A stretch of DNA of 64,000 nucleotides from Candidatus Sysuimicrobiota bacterium (GCA_040289515.1 PSLI01000001.1:51685-115684); one strand, 5' to 3'; counted from the stretch's first letter, positions 17,076 through 27,305 are shown. Numbers and translations are program-made. The notes: generated from the sequence alone by a model not told the origin.

Positions 17076-18927
17076 ACACCCCGCGGGGTCGCACCACCAC
17101 CGCGTCGCTGACGGGCCGCTCTCCTCCCTCGTCGGAGGGGCGGTTCGCTACAGTTCCCCCCACCACCAGAGTGGTGGAGCCGCCCCCGTCGAGGTTCACG
17201 GCCTCCCGCGCGCCCAGGGCGACCAGCTCCCGCGCCAGCTCCTCCAAGGTCATGCCGAGCCCGTGCTCGGGCCAGCGTCCATCCACCACCACCAGCAGCA
17301 GGCTGCCGTCCTGCCCGATGCCCACCGCGGTGCGGGGGTGGCGGCGGTTCCGAAAGCCGTCCGGGAAGCCTTCGTGGGCAGGACGGGCAACACCCCCCAA
17401 CACGAGGCGCGGGCCGCCACACACCACGTGCCGCGCGGCCTGCCAGCGCGCATCCCCGGAGGCGGGATGCAAAGAGAGCAACACCCGTACAGGGTCGCCC
17501 GCCCGCAGACCCTGCAGCGCGGCCGTGGCAGTGCCGCTGGCCGACACCACGTAGCCATCCGGCGGGATCGCGGCACTGCCCCCGGAACGCGCTTCCCGCA
17601 CCACTCCGCCCGCCACCACCACCTCCAGCTCGGCGTCGCCCCGTGTGGCCTGCCCGAAGCGCGGGGTGTACAGGATCACTTCCCCGCTCCTGCGGACGCG
17701 GTTTACTCCCGAAAGGCGCACGGTGACGCCGGGCGCGACAAGCTTGCCCTGCCAGTCCAGGGCGTCCATCAGCACGAACCCTTCGCCCAACCCCAAACAC
17801 GTGCGGCCGGGTACTGGCTCGCTCACCCACTCCCCATCCACCACCAGCCCTCCTGCGGGGTCGCCGTCCGGTGCGAAGAACCCGCCGTTGATGGCCGCCA
17901 GCGCCCCCACCCGCCGGCTTATCTCCGAGGTGCGCTCGCGTCCCGGTACCTGGTCCCGCGCCAGCACCGGCCGCACCTCAAACCGGTCCGGATCCACGCG
18001 CAGCGCGGCCACCCACTGGGGCCCGGGAAGTCTTTCCAGGTCCCGCACCGTGGACAGCACCCAGGTGGGCAACCCTTCCTCCCGCAGGCGCGTGGCCAGC
18101 TGCTCTGCCTCCCGGCGGGTGGCAAAGGAGCCCACGCGCACCTTGTACAGCCCGTCCAGTTCGTCCACGGAGGCCACGAGCCCCGCATCCCGCATGCGGG
18201 ATGCAAGCCGCTGCGCGTTGTCGGGGTTACCGAACGCGCCCACCTGCACCCGCCAGGTCGGCAGGGCCCGCAGGGCACCGCGCTTTTCTACCGCCAGCAG
18301 AAGTCCGCTCGATACAACCTGCTGATACCGCAGCCGCACGCCTTCCTCCACGGCCCTCAGGTAGGCCCACAGCAGGCCCGCAGCCTCGCCGCGGGTGAGG
18401 GGTTCATCCCGGCGCAGGACCCCGGAGGAGTCCTGCAGGAGGGGTGGCTCGGTGCGGGTGGCCAGCACCAGTGCGGGGGTCACCGGACCGGGGGTATCCA
18501 CGCGGGAGGCCAGCCAGTCCGCCTCCCACCGATACCCCAAAGCCCGCACCACCCAGTCCACGGCATCCTCCCGGCGCACGGCCTCCGCGGGCCGGAAACG
18601 CACTTGGTCCGATACGAGGCCGTAGCGACTGGCGGCCTCCACGAAGGGCGCTTCGGGGTGCGAGGCCGGAATGTCGCCGAACGTGGAGTGCTCGACCCGC
18701 CTCGTCGGGAGCCCCTTCGCCGTCACCAGCCACCGCAAAAAGCGTGCCCGCGAAAGAGTTGCGTGAGGCCGAAACAGGCCGTCGGGGTCGGTGTCCACCA
18801 CCCGGCGCTCCAGCAGGGTCTGGATGGCAACGGCGGCCTGACTTGCAGCCCAATCGCCGGAGGCGGGCTGAGTCCGGGCCAAGCTCGCTATAGCAGCTAC
18901 CCACAGGACAACGAGTGCCCTTCGCAC
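17026..18927 (-). CDS. secreted SLH + SPOR + phosphodiester glycosidase (NAGPA-like) protein
   Basis: Signal peptide from GTG 18927 (start uncertain); SLH-like FRPHATLSRA, FGDIP, FRPAEAVRRE, LTRGEAA; SPOR WRVQVGAF..YKVRVGSF; AAINGGFF, HPRTAVG, VDGR, NLDGGGS. Confidence 0.82.
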   Translation of the reverse strand: MRRALVVLWVAAIASLARTQPASGDWAASQAAVAIQTLLERRVVDTDPDGLFRPHATLSRARFLRWLVTAKGLPTRRVEHSTFGDIPASHPEAPFVEAASRYGLVSDQVRFRPAEAVRREDAVDWVVRALGYRWEADWLASRVDTPGPVTPALVLATRTEPPLLQDSSGVLRRDEPLTRGEAAGLLWAYLRAVEEGVRLRYQQVVSSGLLLAVEKRGALRALPTWRVQVGAFGNPDNAQRLASRMRDAGLVASVDELDGLYKVRVGSFATRREAEQLATRLREEGLPTWVLSTVRDLERLPGPQWVAALRVDPDRFEVRPVLARDQVPGRERTSEISRRVGALAAINGGFFAPDGDPAGGLVVDGEWVSEPVPGRTCLGLGEGFVLMDALDWQGKLVAPGVTVRLSGVNRVRRSGEVILYTPRFGQATRGDAELEVVVAGGVVREARSGGSAAIPPDGYVVSASGTATAALQGLRAGDPVRVLLSLHPASGDARWQAARHVVCGGPRLVLGGVARPAHEGFPDGFRNRRHPRTAVGIGQDGSLLLVVVDGRWPEHGLGMTLEELARELVALGAREAVNLDGGGSTTLVVGGTVANRPSDEGGERPVSDAVVVRPRGVFNPPSRPSGKWVGTGR

Positions 18928-19025
18928 GGGGGTTGGCTTCGCAACTTCGGGGCCAGCCTCCTGCGGAAGGGGACAGCCCACCAACGTGGAATGTTCCCAC
19001 CGCGACGCTTGGGGGGGGAGGACCC

Positions 19026-20012
19026 GTGGTTCAGCTGCGGACGTCTTACGCGCAGGACCTGCGGCTGGTTTCGAGCTGGACGGGCTGGCTGGGCGTGGTG
19101 CTCCTGGGCGTGGGGCTGGCCCTACTGCCCCTGCTGGCACCCCGGTACGTGGTGTACGTAGCCACCATGGCCGCGGTGCACACGTTGGTGGCAGTGGGCC
19201 TGAACCTGTTGGTGGGCTACGCCGGCCAGATCTCCCTGGGCCACGCGGGCTTTTTTGCCGTGGGTGCGTACACCCACGGGCTGGTGCTGACCCGGCTGGG
19301 GTGGGGGTTCTGGCCGGCTTTCGCAGCCGCGGCCGTGGTGAGCCTCCTGTTCGGGTACGGGGTAGGGGTGCCGGCCCTTCGGCTTTCAGGTCCGTACCTG
19401 GCGGTGGCCACCATGGCCTTCGGCCTGGCCGTGCACCAGGTGCTGGTGAATTGGGAGGCCCTCTCGGGCGGGCGATCCGGACTGTTCCTGCCCGAGGTGC
19501 GGCTGCTGGGTGGGTCCCTGAAGGACGAGCGGATGCTGTACGGCGTCGTGGTGGCCGTGACCGTGTTGCTGGTGCTGGCCGCGGCGCGTCTGGTGCGCTC
19601 GTATGTGGGGAGGGCGTTCGTTGCCATCCGGGACAGCGACGTAGCCGCGGAGCTGTCGGGGGTCGACCTCACTCGTTACAAAACCCTGGCCTTCGCCCTG
19701 AGCGCCCTGTACACGGGAGTGGCGGGTGCCCTCCTGGGGCACGTGGTGGGCTTCCTGGAGCCGCAGCTGTTTACCCTGTTTGAGTCCGTGTACTTCCTCT
19801 CCTTGGTGGTGGTGGGGGGCCTGGCCTCCATCACGGGCAGCGTGCTGGGCGCGGTGCTTTTGACCCTGCTGCCGCAGGTGCTCTCCGGAGTGGGGGAGGC
19901 CCTCAACGTCCTGTACGGGGCCGCGGTGATCCTGGTTCTGCGGTTCGAACCGGGCGGGCTGTACGCCCGGTGGCTGAAGATCCAGCGGTACTGGAGGACC
20001 TGGCCTTTGTGA
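19026..20012 (+). CDS. Liv-type ABC transporter permease (LivM-like)
   Basis: GLNLLVGYAGQISLGHAGF, LRLSGPYLAVAT, GRAFVAIRD. Confidence 0.9.
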   Translation: MVQLRTSYAQDLRLVSSWTGWLGVVLLGVGLALLPLLAPRYVVYVATMAAVHTLVAVGLNLLVGYAGQISLGHAGFFAVGAYTHGLVLTRLGWGFWPAFAAAAVVSLLFGYGVGVPALRLSGPYLAVATMAFGLAVHQVLVNWEALSGGRSGLFLPEVRLLGGSLKDERMLYGVVVAVTVLLVLAAARLVRSYVGRAFVAIRDSDVAAELSGVDLTRYKTLAFALSALYTGVAGALLGHVVGFLEPQLFTLFESVYFLSLVVVGGLASITGSVLGAVLLTLLPQVLSGVGEALNVLYGAAVILVLRFEPGGLYARWLKIQRYWRTWPL

Positions 20013-20884
20013 CGCTGCTGCTGCAGTACGTGGCCAACGGCCTGGCGGCGGGAAGCCTGTACGCCCTGGTGGCGCTGGGGGTCGTGCTGCTGTACCGGTG
20101 CTCCCGCGTGCTGAACTTCGCGCATGGGGACGTGAGCACCCTGGGAGTGTTTTTGGCCTTCAGCGGCCTGGTGCGCGGCTGGCCGTACAGCCTTGCTCTG
20201 ACCGCTGGGCTTGCGGGTGCTGCCCTGGTCTCCGCGGTCTTCTACCGGGCCCTGATCCGGCCCGTGCGGCAGCCCACGCCGTTGAGCCTGGTGATCACCA
20301 CCCTGGGGTTCGCGCTGTTTTTGAGCGGGCTGATGGTGTGGATATGGGGAACGGACACCAAGGTGTTCCCGTTTCCCCTGTCGGAGGTGCGGGTGTACCG
20401 CCTGGGCGAGGTGGTGGTGAGCGAGCTGACCGGGGGCTCCCTGGCCGCGGGCTTGACGCTGGTGGGGGGCTTGACCCTGCTCGTTCACAGGACCCGTCTG
20501 GGCCTGGCCATGCGGGCGGTGGCGCAGAACCCCGTGGCCGCCCAGCTGTTGGGGGTACCCGCAGGCCGCGTGTTGGCCGCCACCTGGGCCGTGGCCGGGG
20601 CCCTGGGCGCGGCCGCGGGGATGCTGCTGGCCCCGGCGGTGCTGCTGGACCCCTTCATGATGCTGGACCCGTTCCTGAAGGGGTTCGCGGCCGCGGTGCT
20701 GGGCGGGATGGACAGCCTGGCGGGCGCGGTGGTGGGCGGGCTGGTTCTGGGTGTGGCGGAGAGCCTGTTTGCGGGGTACGTGTCGGTGAAGTACAAGGCC
20801 ACCCTGAGTTTCGTGGTGATTGTGGCGGTGCTGCTGGCAAGGCCGGAGGGCTTGCTCGGCCGGCCCTTCCAGCGGCGCGTGTAG
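20009..20884 (+). CDS. Liv-type ABC transporter permease (LivH-like)
   Basis: NGLAAGSLYALVALG, NFAHG, TRLGLAMRA, FAAAVLGG; GTGA overlap with the upstream gene. Confidence 0.9.
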   Translation: MTLLLQYVANGLAAGSLYALVALGVVLLYRCSRVLNFAHGDVSTLGVFLAFSGLVRGWPYSLALTAGLAGAALVSAVFYRALIRPVRQPTPLSLVITTLGFALFLSGLMVWIWGTDTKVFPFPLSEVRVYRLGEVVVSELTGGSLAAGLTLVGGLTLLVHRTRLGLAMRAVAQNPVAAQLLGVPAGRVLAATWAVAGALGAAAGMLLAPAVLLDPFMMLDPFLKGFAAAVLGGMDSLAGAVVGGLVLGVAESLFAGYVSVKYKATLSFVVIVAVLLARPEGLLGRPFQRRV

Positions 20885-20915
20885 GCGGGAAGAACACAAG
20901 GAAAGGAGGGAGGTC

Positions 20916-22088
20916 ATGCACCGCGTGTGGTGGTTGCTGGGAGTGCTGTTGCTGGTCCTGCCCCTGGGCAGCTTCGCTCAGGAGCGCGGCGTGACCGCGG
21001 AGGAGGTGGTGGTGGGGACATCCATGCCCCTGAGCGGGCCCGCCGCGTACTGGGGCGCGGTGGGTCGGGCTATGGAGGCGTACGCGCGGTACCTGAACGA
21101 CCAGGGCGGCATCCATGGTCGGCGGCTGCGGGTGGTGGTGCGGGACGACAGCTACCTGCCTCCGCGGGCCGCGGCCAACGTCCGCGAGCTGGTGGAGCGG
21201 GTGGGCGTGTTCGCCATCGTGGGGCTCATCGGCACCGCCAACGCCTTCGCGGTGCGGGACTACATCGTCCGCAACGAGGTGGTGTGGATCACGCCCACCG
21301 CGGACGCCACCATCTGGTACGGCTTCCGGGACAAGAAGTACCTGTTCGTCACCTACCCCTCGTACGTGGAGGAGGCCAAGATCCTGGTGGACTACGCAGC
21401 CAAGCAGCTGGGGATCAAGACGGTGGCGGTGTTCTACCAGAACGACCTGTACGGGCAGAAAGGACTTCTGGGCGCCAAACAGGGTGCGGTGCGGTCCCGG
21501 GTACGCCTGGCGGCTCAGGTGCCCTACGAGGTCACCCAGACGGACGTGAGCTCGGAAGCCGTGAAGCTGCGGGAGTCGCGGGCGGACGCGGTGCTCCTGT
21601 ACGCCACCCCGCGCCACGGTGCCCTCATCGTGCGGGAGATGGCCAAGCTGGGCTATACGCCCAAACTGCTGAGCTCCTTCACCCTAGGGGACCCCATCAT
21701 GTTCGCGCTGGCGGGGGAGGCGTGGAACGGGGTGATCTCCACCGCCTTCTTCCCCCTGCCGGGCACCGGGGACAGCCGGGTGGACGAGGCGCTGGCCATC
21801 CTCACCCGGGTGGACCCGGCTTTGCGCGCCAACCCCTTCAACGCCCTGGCGGGGTGGGCATTCATGGAGCCCTTCGTGGAGGGCCTGCGGCGCGCAGGTC
21901 GGGAGCTCACCCGCGAGCGGTTCGTAACCGCCATGGGGAGCATCCGGGGCTGGGATGGCCAGGTGATCCGGCAGGTCACCTTCGGGCCGGACCGCCGGCA
22001 GGGCACCAACCGGCTGTTCCTCACCCGTGCGGAGGGTGGCCGGTGGACCCGGCTGTCGGACTGGATCAGCTACCCCGTGGGCTTCTAG
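20916..22088 (+). CDS. Liv-type ABC transporter substrate-binding protein
   Basis: Signal peptide; PLSGPAA, NDQGGIHGR, DDSYLP, YQNDLYG. Confidence 0.9.
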   Translation: MHRVWWLLGVLLLVLPLGSFAQERGVTAEEVVVGTSMPLSGPAAYWGAVGRAMEAYARYLNDQGGIHGRRLRVVVRDDSYLPPRAAANVRELVERVGVFAIVGLIGTANAFAVRDYIVRNEVVWITPTADATIWYGFRDKKYLFVTYPSYVEEAKILVDYAAKQLGIKTVAVFYQNDLYGQKGLLGAKQGAVRSRVRLAAQVPYEVTQTDVSSEAVKLRESRADAVLLYATPRHGALIVREMAKLGYTPKLLSSFTLGDPIMFALAGEAWNGVISTAFFPLPGTGDSRVDEALAILTRVDPALRANPFNALAGWAFMEPFVEGLRRAGRELTRERFVTAMGSIRGWDGQVIRQVTFGPDRRQGTNRLFLTRAEGGRWTRLSDWISYPVGF

Positions 22089-22096
22089 GGGGACCG

Positions 22097-22873
22097 GTGG
22101 CGCTCAATTCGCCCCTGCTCCAGGTGGAAGGCCTCACCCTGCGCTTCGGCGGGCTTGCGGCCCTGCAGGACGTGAGCCTGCAGGTGTGGCCCGGGGAGCT
22201 GGTGAGCATCATCGGCCCCAACGGGGCCGGCAAGACCAGCCTGTTCAACTGCGTGTGCGGGCTGTACCAGCCCCAGCAGGGCCGCGTGGTGTTGGGGGGC
22301 CGCGACATCACCCGCGCAGCCCCCCACCTCATCGCCCGCCTGGGGGTGGCCCGCACCTTCCAGAACCTGGAGCTGTTCAGGGGGATGACGGTGCTGGATA
22401 ACCTCCTGCTGGGCTGCCACCGCCACTTCCGCAGCCCAGTGTGGGAGGTGGCCCTGCAGACGCGCAGGGTGCGGGAGGAGGAGGTTCGGCAGCGGGAGCG
22501 GGCGGAGGTGATCCTGGAGTTTTTAGAGCTGCAGGCGTACCGGGAGCGTCCCGTAGCTGCCCTGCCCCACGGGGTGCAGAGGGTGGTGGAGTTGGGCCGC
22601 GCCCTTGCCAGCCAACCGCGCCTGCTGCTGCTGGACGAACCCTCCGCGGGCCTGACGGCGGAGGAGAAGGAGGAGCTGAAGTTCCGGCTGCAGGACGCGC
22701 GGCGGGCCTTCGGGGTCACCGTGGTGCTGGTGGAGCACGACCTGCGCATGGTCATGGACCTGTCCGAACGTGTAGTGGTGCTGGACCACGGGGAGGTCAT
22801 CGCCCAGGGACCGCCCCAGCAGGTGCAGAGCGACCCCAAGGTGGTGGAGGCGTACCTGGGCGTGGGCGCATGA
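22097..22873 (+). CDS. Liv-type ABC ATP-binding protein (LivG-like)
   Basis: GPNGAGKT, ARTFQN, LLDEP, VEHD, VVEAYLG. Confidence 0.9.
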   Translation: MALNSPLLQVEGLTLRFGGLAALQDVSLQVWPGELVSIIGPNGAGKTSLFNCVCGLYQPQQGRVVLGGRDITRAAPHLIARLGVARTFQNLELFRGMTVLDNLLLGCHRHFRSPVWEVALQTRRVREEEVRQRERAEVILEFLELQAYRERPVAALPHGVQRVVELGRALASQPRLLLLDEPSAGLTAEEKEELKFRLQDARRAFGVTVVLVEHDLRMVMDLSERVVVLDHGEVIAQGPPQQVQSDPKVVEAYLGVGA

Positions 22874-23643
22874 GCGCGGAGGTGCTGTCCTGCCGGAACG
22901 TGGAGGCGGGCTACCGCAAGGGGCTGGCGGTCCTGCGGGGTGTCTCGCTACATGTGCGGGAGGGTCAGGTGGTGGCCCTCCTGGGCAGCAACGGGGCGGG
23001 CAAGAGCACCCTCCTGCGGGCCGTGATGGGCCTGATCCCCGACCAGCCGGAGAAAGGCGAGGTGGTCTTCCGCGGAGCGCGGCTCAACGGCAGGGACCCT
23101 GACGCCATCACGCGCCTCGGGGTGGTCCTGGTGCCAGAGGGGCGAGGGCTCTTCCCGGAGCTTACGGTGGAGGAGAACCTGCAGCTCGTTGGTTACGCGC
23201 GCCCCTACACCCGGGCGGACTATGAGGCGGTGCTCGATCGGTTTCCCGTGCTGCGGGAGCGGAAAAGTCAGCAAGCGGGGACCCTGTCGGGCGGGGAGCA
23301 GCAGATGCTGGCCATCGCCCGGGCCCTTTTACTGCGGCCGTCGCTGCTGCTGCTGGACGAGCCCTCCCTGGGGCTGGCCCCACGGGTGGTGGCGCACATC
23401 TTCGGGATCCTGCAAGCCCTGAACCGGGATGGCTTGTCCATCCTCCTGGTGGAGCAGAATGCCCGCATGGCCCTGCAGGTGGCCCACTACGGCTACGTGC
23501 TGGAAGCCGGGCGGCTGGTGCTGGAGGGCCCCGCGGAACGGCTGCGGGAGGATCCCAACGTCCAGGAGCTTTACCTGGGTGTGCAGCGGGAGCCTTCGCC
23601 CAAAGGCTTCCGACGGTGGCGCCCCCGACGCCGGTGGGCGTGA
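22870..23643 (+). CDS. Liv-type ABC ATP-binding protein (LivF-like)
   Basis: GSNGAGKS, VPEGR, LSGGEQQM, DEPSLGLAP, VEQNA. Confidence 0.9.
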   Translation: MSAEVLSCRNVEAGYRKGLAVLRGVSLHVREGQVVALLGSNGAGKSTLLRAVMGLIPDQPEKGEVVFRGARLNGRDPDAITRLGVVLVPEGRGLFPELTVEENLQLVGYARPYTRADYEAVLDRFPVLRERKSQQAGTLSGGEQQMLAIARALLLRPSLLLLDEPSLGLAPRVVAHIFGILQALNRDGLSILLVEQNARMALQVAHYGYVLEAGRLVLEGPAERLREDPNVQELYLGVQREPSPKGFRRWRPRRRWA

Positions 23644-23699
23644 TGGGTTGTGCAGCCGCCATCGGGCGCGACGGGAGCCAGGCCGGGGGAACCGGGCAC

Positions 23700-24063
23700 T
23701 TGTAGCGGGAACATTACGCCGCCTGGTGGCGGAGAATCCGTCGCGCGCATCTCCCCGGGGGATCTGCAGAGACGCCGGACAGCTGGAGGAGGACCTGCGG
23801 TGGTTTGAGGCAACCGTCCTCGCGTGTTTCGGTACCGCGGCCCGTACGTGGCCATTCACCGCCCGCGCGTCATCGATCACGACCCCGACTTCGACACCCT
23901 TGCGCGGCGCGTCTTCGCGAAGCTCGGCCCGGTCCCCGTGTGCATGCCCACGGTGACACCCCGGGAACGGATCGTTCGCGTTCCTGTGGGGATCACCCTC
24001 CACGGCCCGCGGGAGGTTCTCGGGATTGCCAGCGGCCCCCGTCCGGTACGATCGCCCGCTTAG
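23700..24063 (+). pseudogene. frameshifted DUF5678-like small protein remnant
   Basis: Frame A ..LEEDLRWFEA joins frame B (N)RPRVFRYRGPYVAIH..VIDHDPDFDTLARRV if one base is restored near 23811; 5' limit approximate. Confidence 0.5.
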
Positions 24064-25877
24064 CGGTACAAGGCCTCGATGAGATCCCCGTACTTCTCCA
24101 GGATGACCTTGCGCTTCACCTTCAGGGTGGGGGTGACCTCCCCGTCCTCCTGGTACAGCCGCTTGGGCAGCACGGCGAACCGCTTCACCTGCTCGGGGCT
24201 GCTGAGGGAGCAGTTCACCCGGTCCACCTCCCGGGCGATGAGGTCGTGCACCTGCTCGTTGCTGCTCAGGTCTGCGAAGGTGGAAAATGGGATGCGCCGG
24301 TCCTGCGCCCAGCGCGCCACGTGGTCCTCGTCGATGACGATGAGGGCCACCAGGTAGGGACGGCGGTCACCCACCACCACGGCGTCGTGGATGTAGGGGC
24401 TGGCCTTCAGCAGGTTCTCCACGTAGGCGGGTGCGATGTTCTTTCCGTACGCGTTCACGATGAGGTCCTTCTTCCGGTCCGTGATGCGTAGGAAGCCCTC
24501 GGAGTCCATCTCCCCCACGTCCCCGGAGTGCAGCCACCCGTCCCGGAGGGCCTGCGCGGTGGCCTCCGGGTCCTTGAAGTAGCCCGCGAACACGTTGGGG
24601 CCCCGCACGAGGATCTCCCCATCAGGGGCGAGGCGTACCTCCACCCCGGGGAGGGGCTGACCCACGGTGCCCAGGCGGATGCGGTCCCCCTGGTGGATGG
24701 TGGTGGGGCCGCTTCCCTCCGTCTGCCCGTACACCTCCCGGATCCGGACCCCCAGGGCGTGGTAGAATTCAAGGATCTCCGGTGCGATGGGGGCGGCCCC
24801 GGACACCGCGAACCGCACCCGGTCCAGCCCCAGGCGGCACCGCAGCGGGCGCAGCACCAGACGGTCCCCTAGGGCGTGCGCCACCCGCAGGCCGAAGGGG
24901 ACGTGAGCGCCCCGCAGCCGCGCGTGCGCGTAGCGCCTTCCCACCCGCAGGGCGACCTCGTACGCGAAGCGCTTGAAGCCGTCCGCCCCCCGCATGTGCA
25001 AGGTGAGCTGTGCGTGCAGCTTCTCCCACAGCCGGGGCACCGCGAACAGGATGGTGGGCCGAACCTCCTGCAGGTTCTGGAAGAGGGTATCGAGGCTCTC
25101 CGCGAAGTAGACGGTGTAGCCCCACACGAGGGGCAGGTACACGCTCAGCATGCGCTCCGCGATGTGGGACAGGGGCAAAAAGGACAGGGCCGTGTCGGTG
25201 GGGTACAGGGCGTTGGCCTGTCCGAGGGCCTGCGCGGTCCACAGGAGGTTGCGGTGCGTGAGCATGGCCCCCTTGGGCGGCCCCGTGGTGCCGGAGGTGT
25301 ACAGCAGGATGGCTACGTGGTCCTCCGCAGCCTGGTGCGCCAGGCGCTGTAGCCCGTCCGGGTCCCACGCGGCGCGGCCCAGGGCCCGCAGGTCCTCCAA
25401 GGTCATCACCTGAGGATCGGAGAAGCCCTCCAGCCCCTCCGGGGCCATGACCACGATGCGTTCCAGGGCCGGCAGCCGGCCCCGTACCTCCAGGGCCTTG
25501 TCCAGCTGCTCTTCGTCCTCCACGAAGAACACCTGCGCCTCACTGTGGGCCAGGACGTACGCGCACTGCTCGGGCGGGTTGGTGGCGTACACCGCCACGG
25601 ACAGGCCGCCCGCCAAGAGGATCCCCATGTCGCAGAACAGCCACTCGGGCCGGTTGTTGCCGATGATGGCGGCAGCCTGCCCGGGCCGGAAACCCAGGGC
25701 CAGCAGCCCGCACGCCACCTCCTGAGCCGCACGGCCGTACTCGGCCCACGTGACCGGGTGCCACAGCCCCCGGCGCTTGTGCCACATGGCCACGCGTCCC
25801 CCGCGCTCCCGGATCGCCTGCAGGAAGCGTTGCGGCACGGTTCCGGTGGTGGTGCGCGCTAGTTCCAGGGTCGCCAT
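24060..25877 (-). CDS. long-chain fatty acid-CoA ligase (AMP-binding, FadD-like)
   Basis: YTSGTTGPPKG, FLPLSHIAER, VPRLWEK, EVYGQTE, GWLHSGD, DRKKD, TPTLKVKR. Confidence 0.92.
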   Translation of the reverse strand: MATLELARTTTGTVPQRFLQAIRERGGRVAMWHKRRGLWHPVTWAEYGRAAQEVACGLLALGFRPGQAAAIIGNNRPEWLFCDMGILLAGGLSVAVYATNPPEQCAYVLAHSEAQVFFVEDEEQLDKALEVRGRLPALERIVVMAPEGLEGFSDPQVMTLEDLRALGRAAWDPDGLQRLAHQAAEDHVAILLYTSGTTGPPKGAMLTHRNLLWTAQALGQANALYPTDTALSFLPLSHIAERMLSVYLPLVWGYTVYFAESLDTLFQNLQEVRPTILFAVPRLWEKLHAQLTLHMRGADGFKRFAYEVALRVGRRYAHARLRGAHVPFGLRVAHALGDRLVLRPLRCRLGLDRVRFAVSGAAPIAPEILEFYHALGVRIREVYGQTEGSGPTTIHQGDRIRLGTVGQPLPGVEVRLAPDGEILVRGPNVFAGYFKDPEATAQALRDGWLHSGDVGEMDSEGFLRITDRKKDLIVNAYGKNIAPAYVENLLKASPYIHDAVVVGDRRPYLVALIVIDEDHVARWAQDRRIPFSTFADLSSNEQVHDLIAREVDRVNCSLSSPEQVKRFAVLPKRLYQEDGEVTPTLKVKRKVILEKYGDLIEALYR

Positions 25878-25954
25878 CGTCTCCCCCAACCAGTCCAGGC
25901 GCTTGCCTTGCTCTGCCCAGTAGGATACCCTTTTAGCACCGGGAGGTAGGAAGC

Positions 25955-26185
25955 ATGATCCGTCCACCCATCGAGACGCTGCTGGAGCGGGTGCCGAACA
26001 AGTACCTGCTGGTGGTGCTGGCCGCCAAGCGGGCGCGCGAGCTTCGTTCCGGGCAGCTGCCCCTGGTGGACGTGGACTCCCAGAACCCCGTGACCGTGGC
26101 CCTGGAGGAGATCGCCGCGGGCCGCCTCCGTCCGGAGATGCCGGAGCCTGTGGAGGCTATCTTCGCCAACCTGCCCAACCCGTAG
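25955..26185 (+). CDS. rpoZ: RNA polymerase omega subunit
   Basis: NKYLLVVLAAKRAREL..NPVTVALEEIAAG. Confidence 0.93.
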   Translation: MIRPPIETLLERVPNKYLLVVLAAKRARELRSGQLPLVDVDSQNPVTVALEEIAAGRLRPEMPEPVEAIFANLPNP

Positions 26186-26189
26186 CCAC

Positions 26190-27305
26190 CTAGCGCTGGA
26201 GCACCTCCTCCACGGGCGAGGCGGGTAGCCCGTGGGCCTCTGCTACGCGCGGGTGGGTGACGCGGCCGGCCACGACGTTGAGCCCGCGAGCCAGGGCCGG
26301 GTCCTGCCGGCAGGCCTCCCGCCACCCCTTGCGGGCCAGCGCGATGGCGTAGCTTACCGTGGCGTTGGTGAGGGCTACCGTGGAGGTGCGGGGGACAGCC
26401 GCGGGCATGTTGGTGACCCCGTAGTGGATCACCCCGGACCACTCGTACACCGGGTCGCTGTGGGTGGTGGGCCGAATGGTCTCCACGCAGCCCCCCTGGT
26501 CCACGGACACGTCCACGATCACCGACCCAGGCTTCATGACCCCCACCAGCTCCGCGGAAACCAGTTTGGGGGTGCGCGCGCCAGGGACGAGCACCGCGCC
26601 GATCAGCACGTCCGCGTAGCTGACCGCCTGCTCTACGGTGTACGGGTTGCTAGCCAGCACCTGGATACGGCCGTGCAGTACGTCGTCCAGGTGCGCCATG
26701 CGCCGCGGGTTGCGCTCCAGCACGGTCACCTGCGCCCCCATCCCCAGGGCCACCTTTGCCGCGTGGGTACCCGCCACCCCGCCGCCCAGGATCACCACCG
26801 TCCCGGGGGCGACCCCCGTGACCCCGCCCAGGAGGGTGCCCTTCCCGCCCTGTGTGCGCTTCAGGTAGTAGCTGGCCTCCTGCACGGCCAGCTTGCCGGC
26901 CACCTCGCTCATGGGTGTGAGCAGGGGAAGCTCGCCGTCGGGCAGCTGCACGGTCTCGTACGCCACCGCCACCGCGCCGGAGCGCAAAAGGGCGTGGGTG
27001 AGGGCCTCGTTCGCGGCCAGGTGAAGGTACGCGAACAGGACCAGGCCGGGTCGCAGATACCCGTACTCCTCGGGGAGGGGCTCCTTCACCTTCATCACCA
27101 GGTCGCAGCCCCACACCTCTGCAGGGTCCCGGGTGATACGCGCGCCCCGGCCCGCGTACTCCTCGTCGGAGAACCCGCTGCCCTCCCCCGCGCCCGCCTC
27201 CACCACTACCTGGCAGCCGGACTCCACCAGCTGCATGACACCCGCGGGCGTCATGGCCACCCGGTACTCTCCGTCCTTCCGCTCCCGTGGGACGCCCACC
27301 CGCAT
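26190..27305 (-). CDS. ald: alanine dehydrogenase
   Basis: MRVGVPRERKDGEYRVA, KVKEP, YLHLAA, PMSEVAG, GGGVAG, DVSVDQGG, NMPAAVPRTST. Confidence 0.95.
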   Translation of the reverse strand: MRVGVPRERKDGEYRVAMTPAGVMQLVESGCQVVVEAGAGEGSGFSDEEYAGRGARITRDPAEVWGCDLVMKVKEPLPEEYGYLRPGLVLFAYLHLAANEALTHALLRSGAVAVAYETVQLPDGELPLLTPMSEVAGKLAVQEASYYLKRTQGGKGTLLGGVTGVAPGTVVILGGGVAGTHAAKVALGMGAQVTVLERNPRRMAHLDDVLHGRIQVLASNPYTVEQAVSYADVLIGAVLVPGARTPKLVSAELVGVMKPGSVIVDVSVDQGGCVETIRPTTHSDPVYEWSGVIHYGVTNMPAAVPRTSTVALTNATVSYAIALARKGWREACRQDPALARGLNVVAGRVTHPRVAEAHGLPASPVEEVLQR

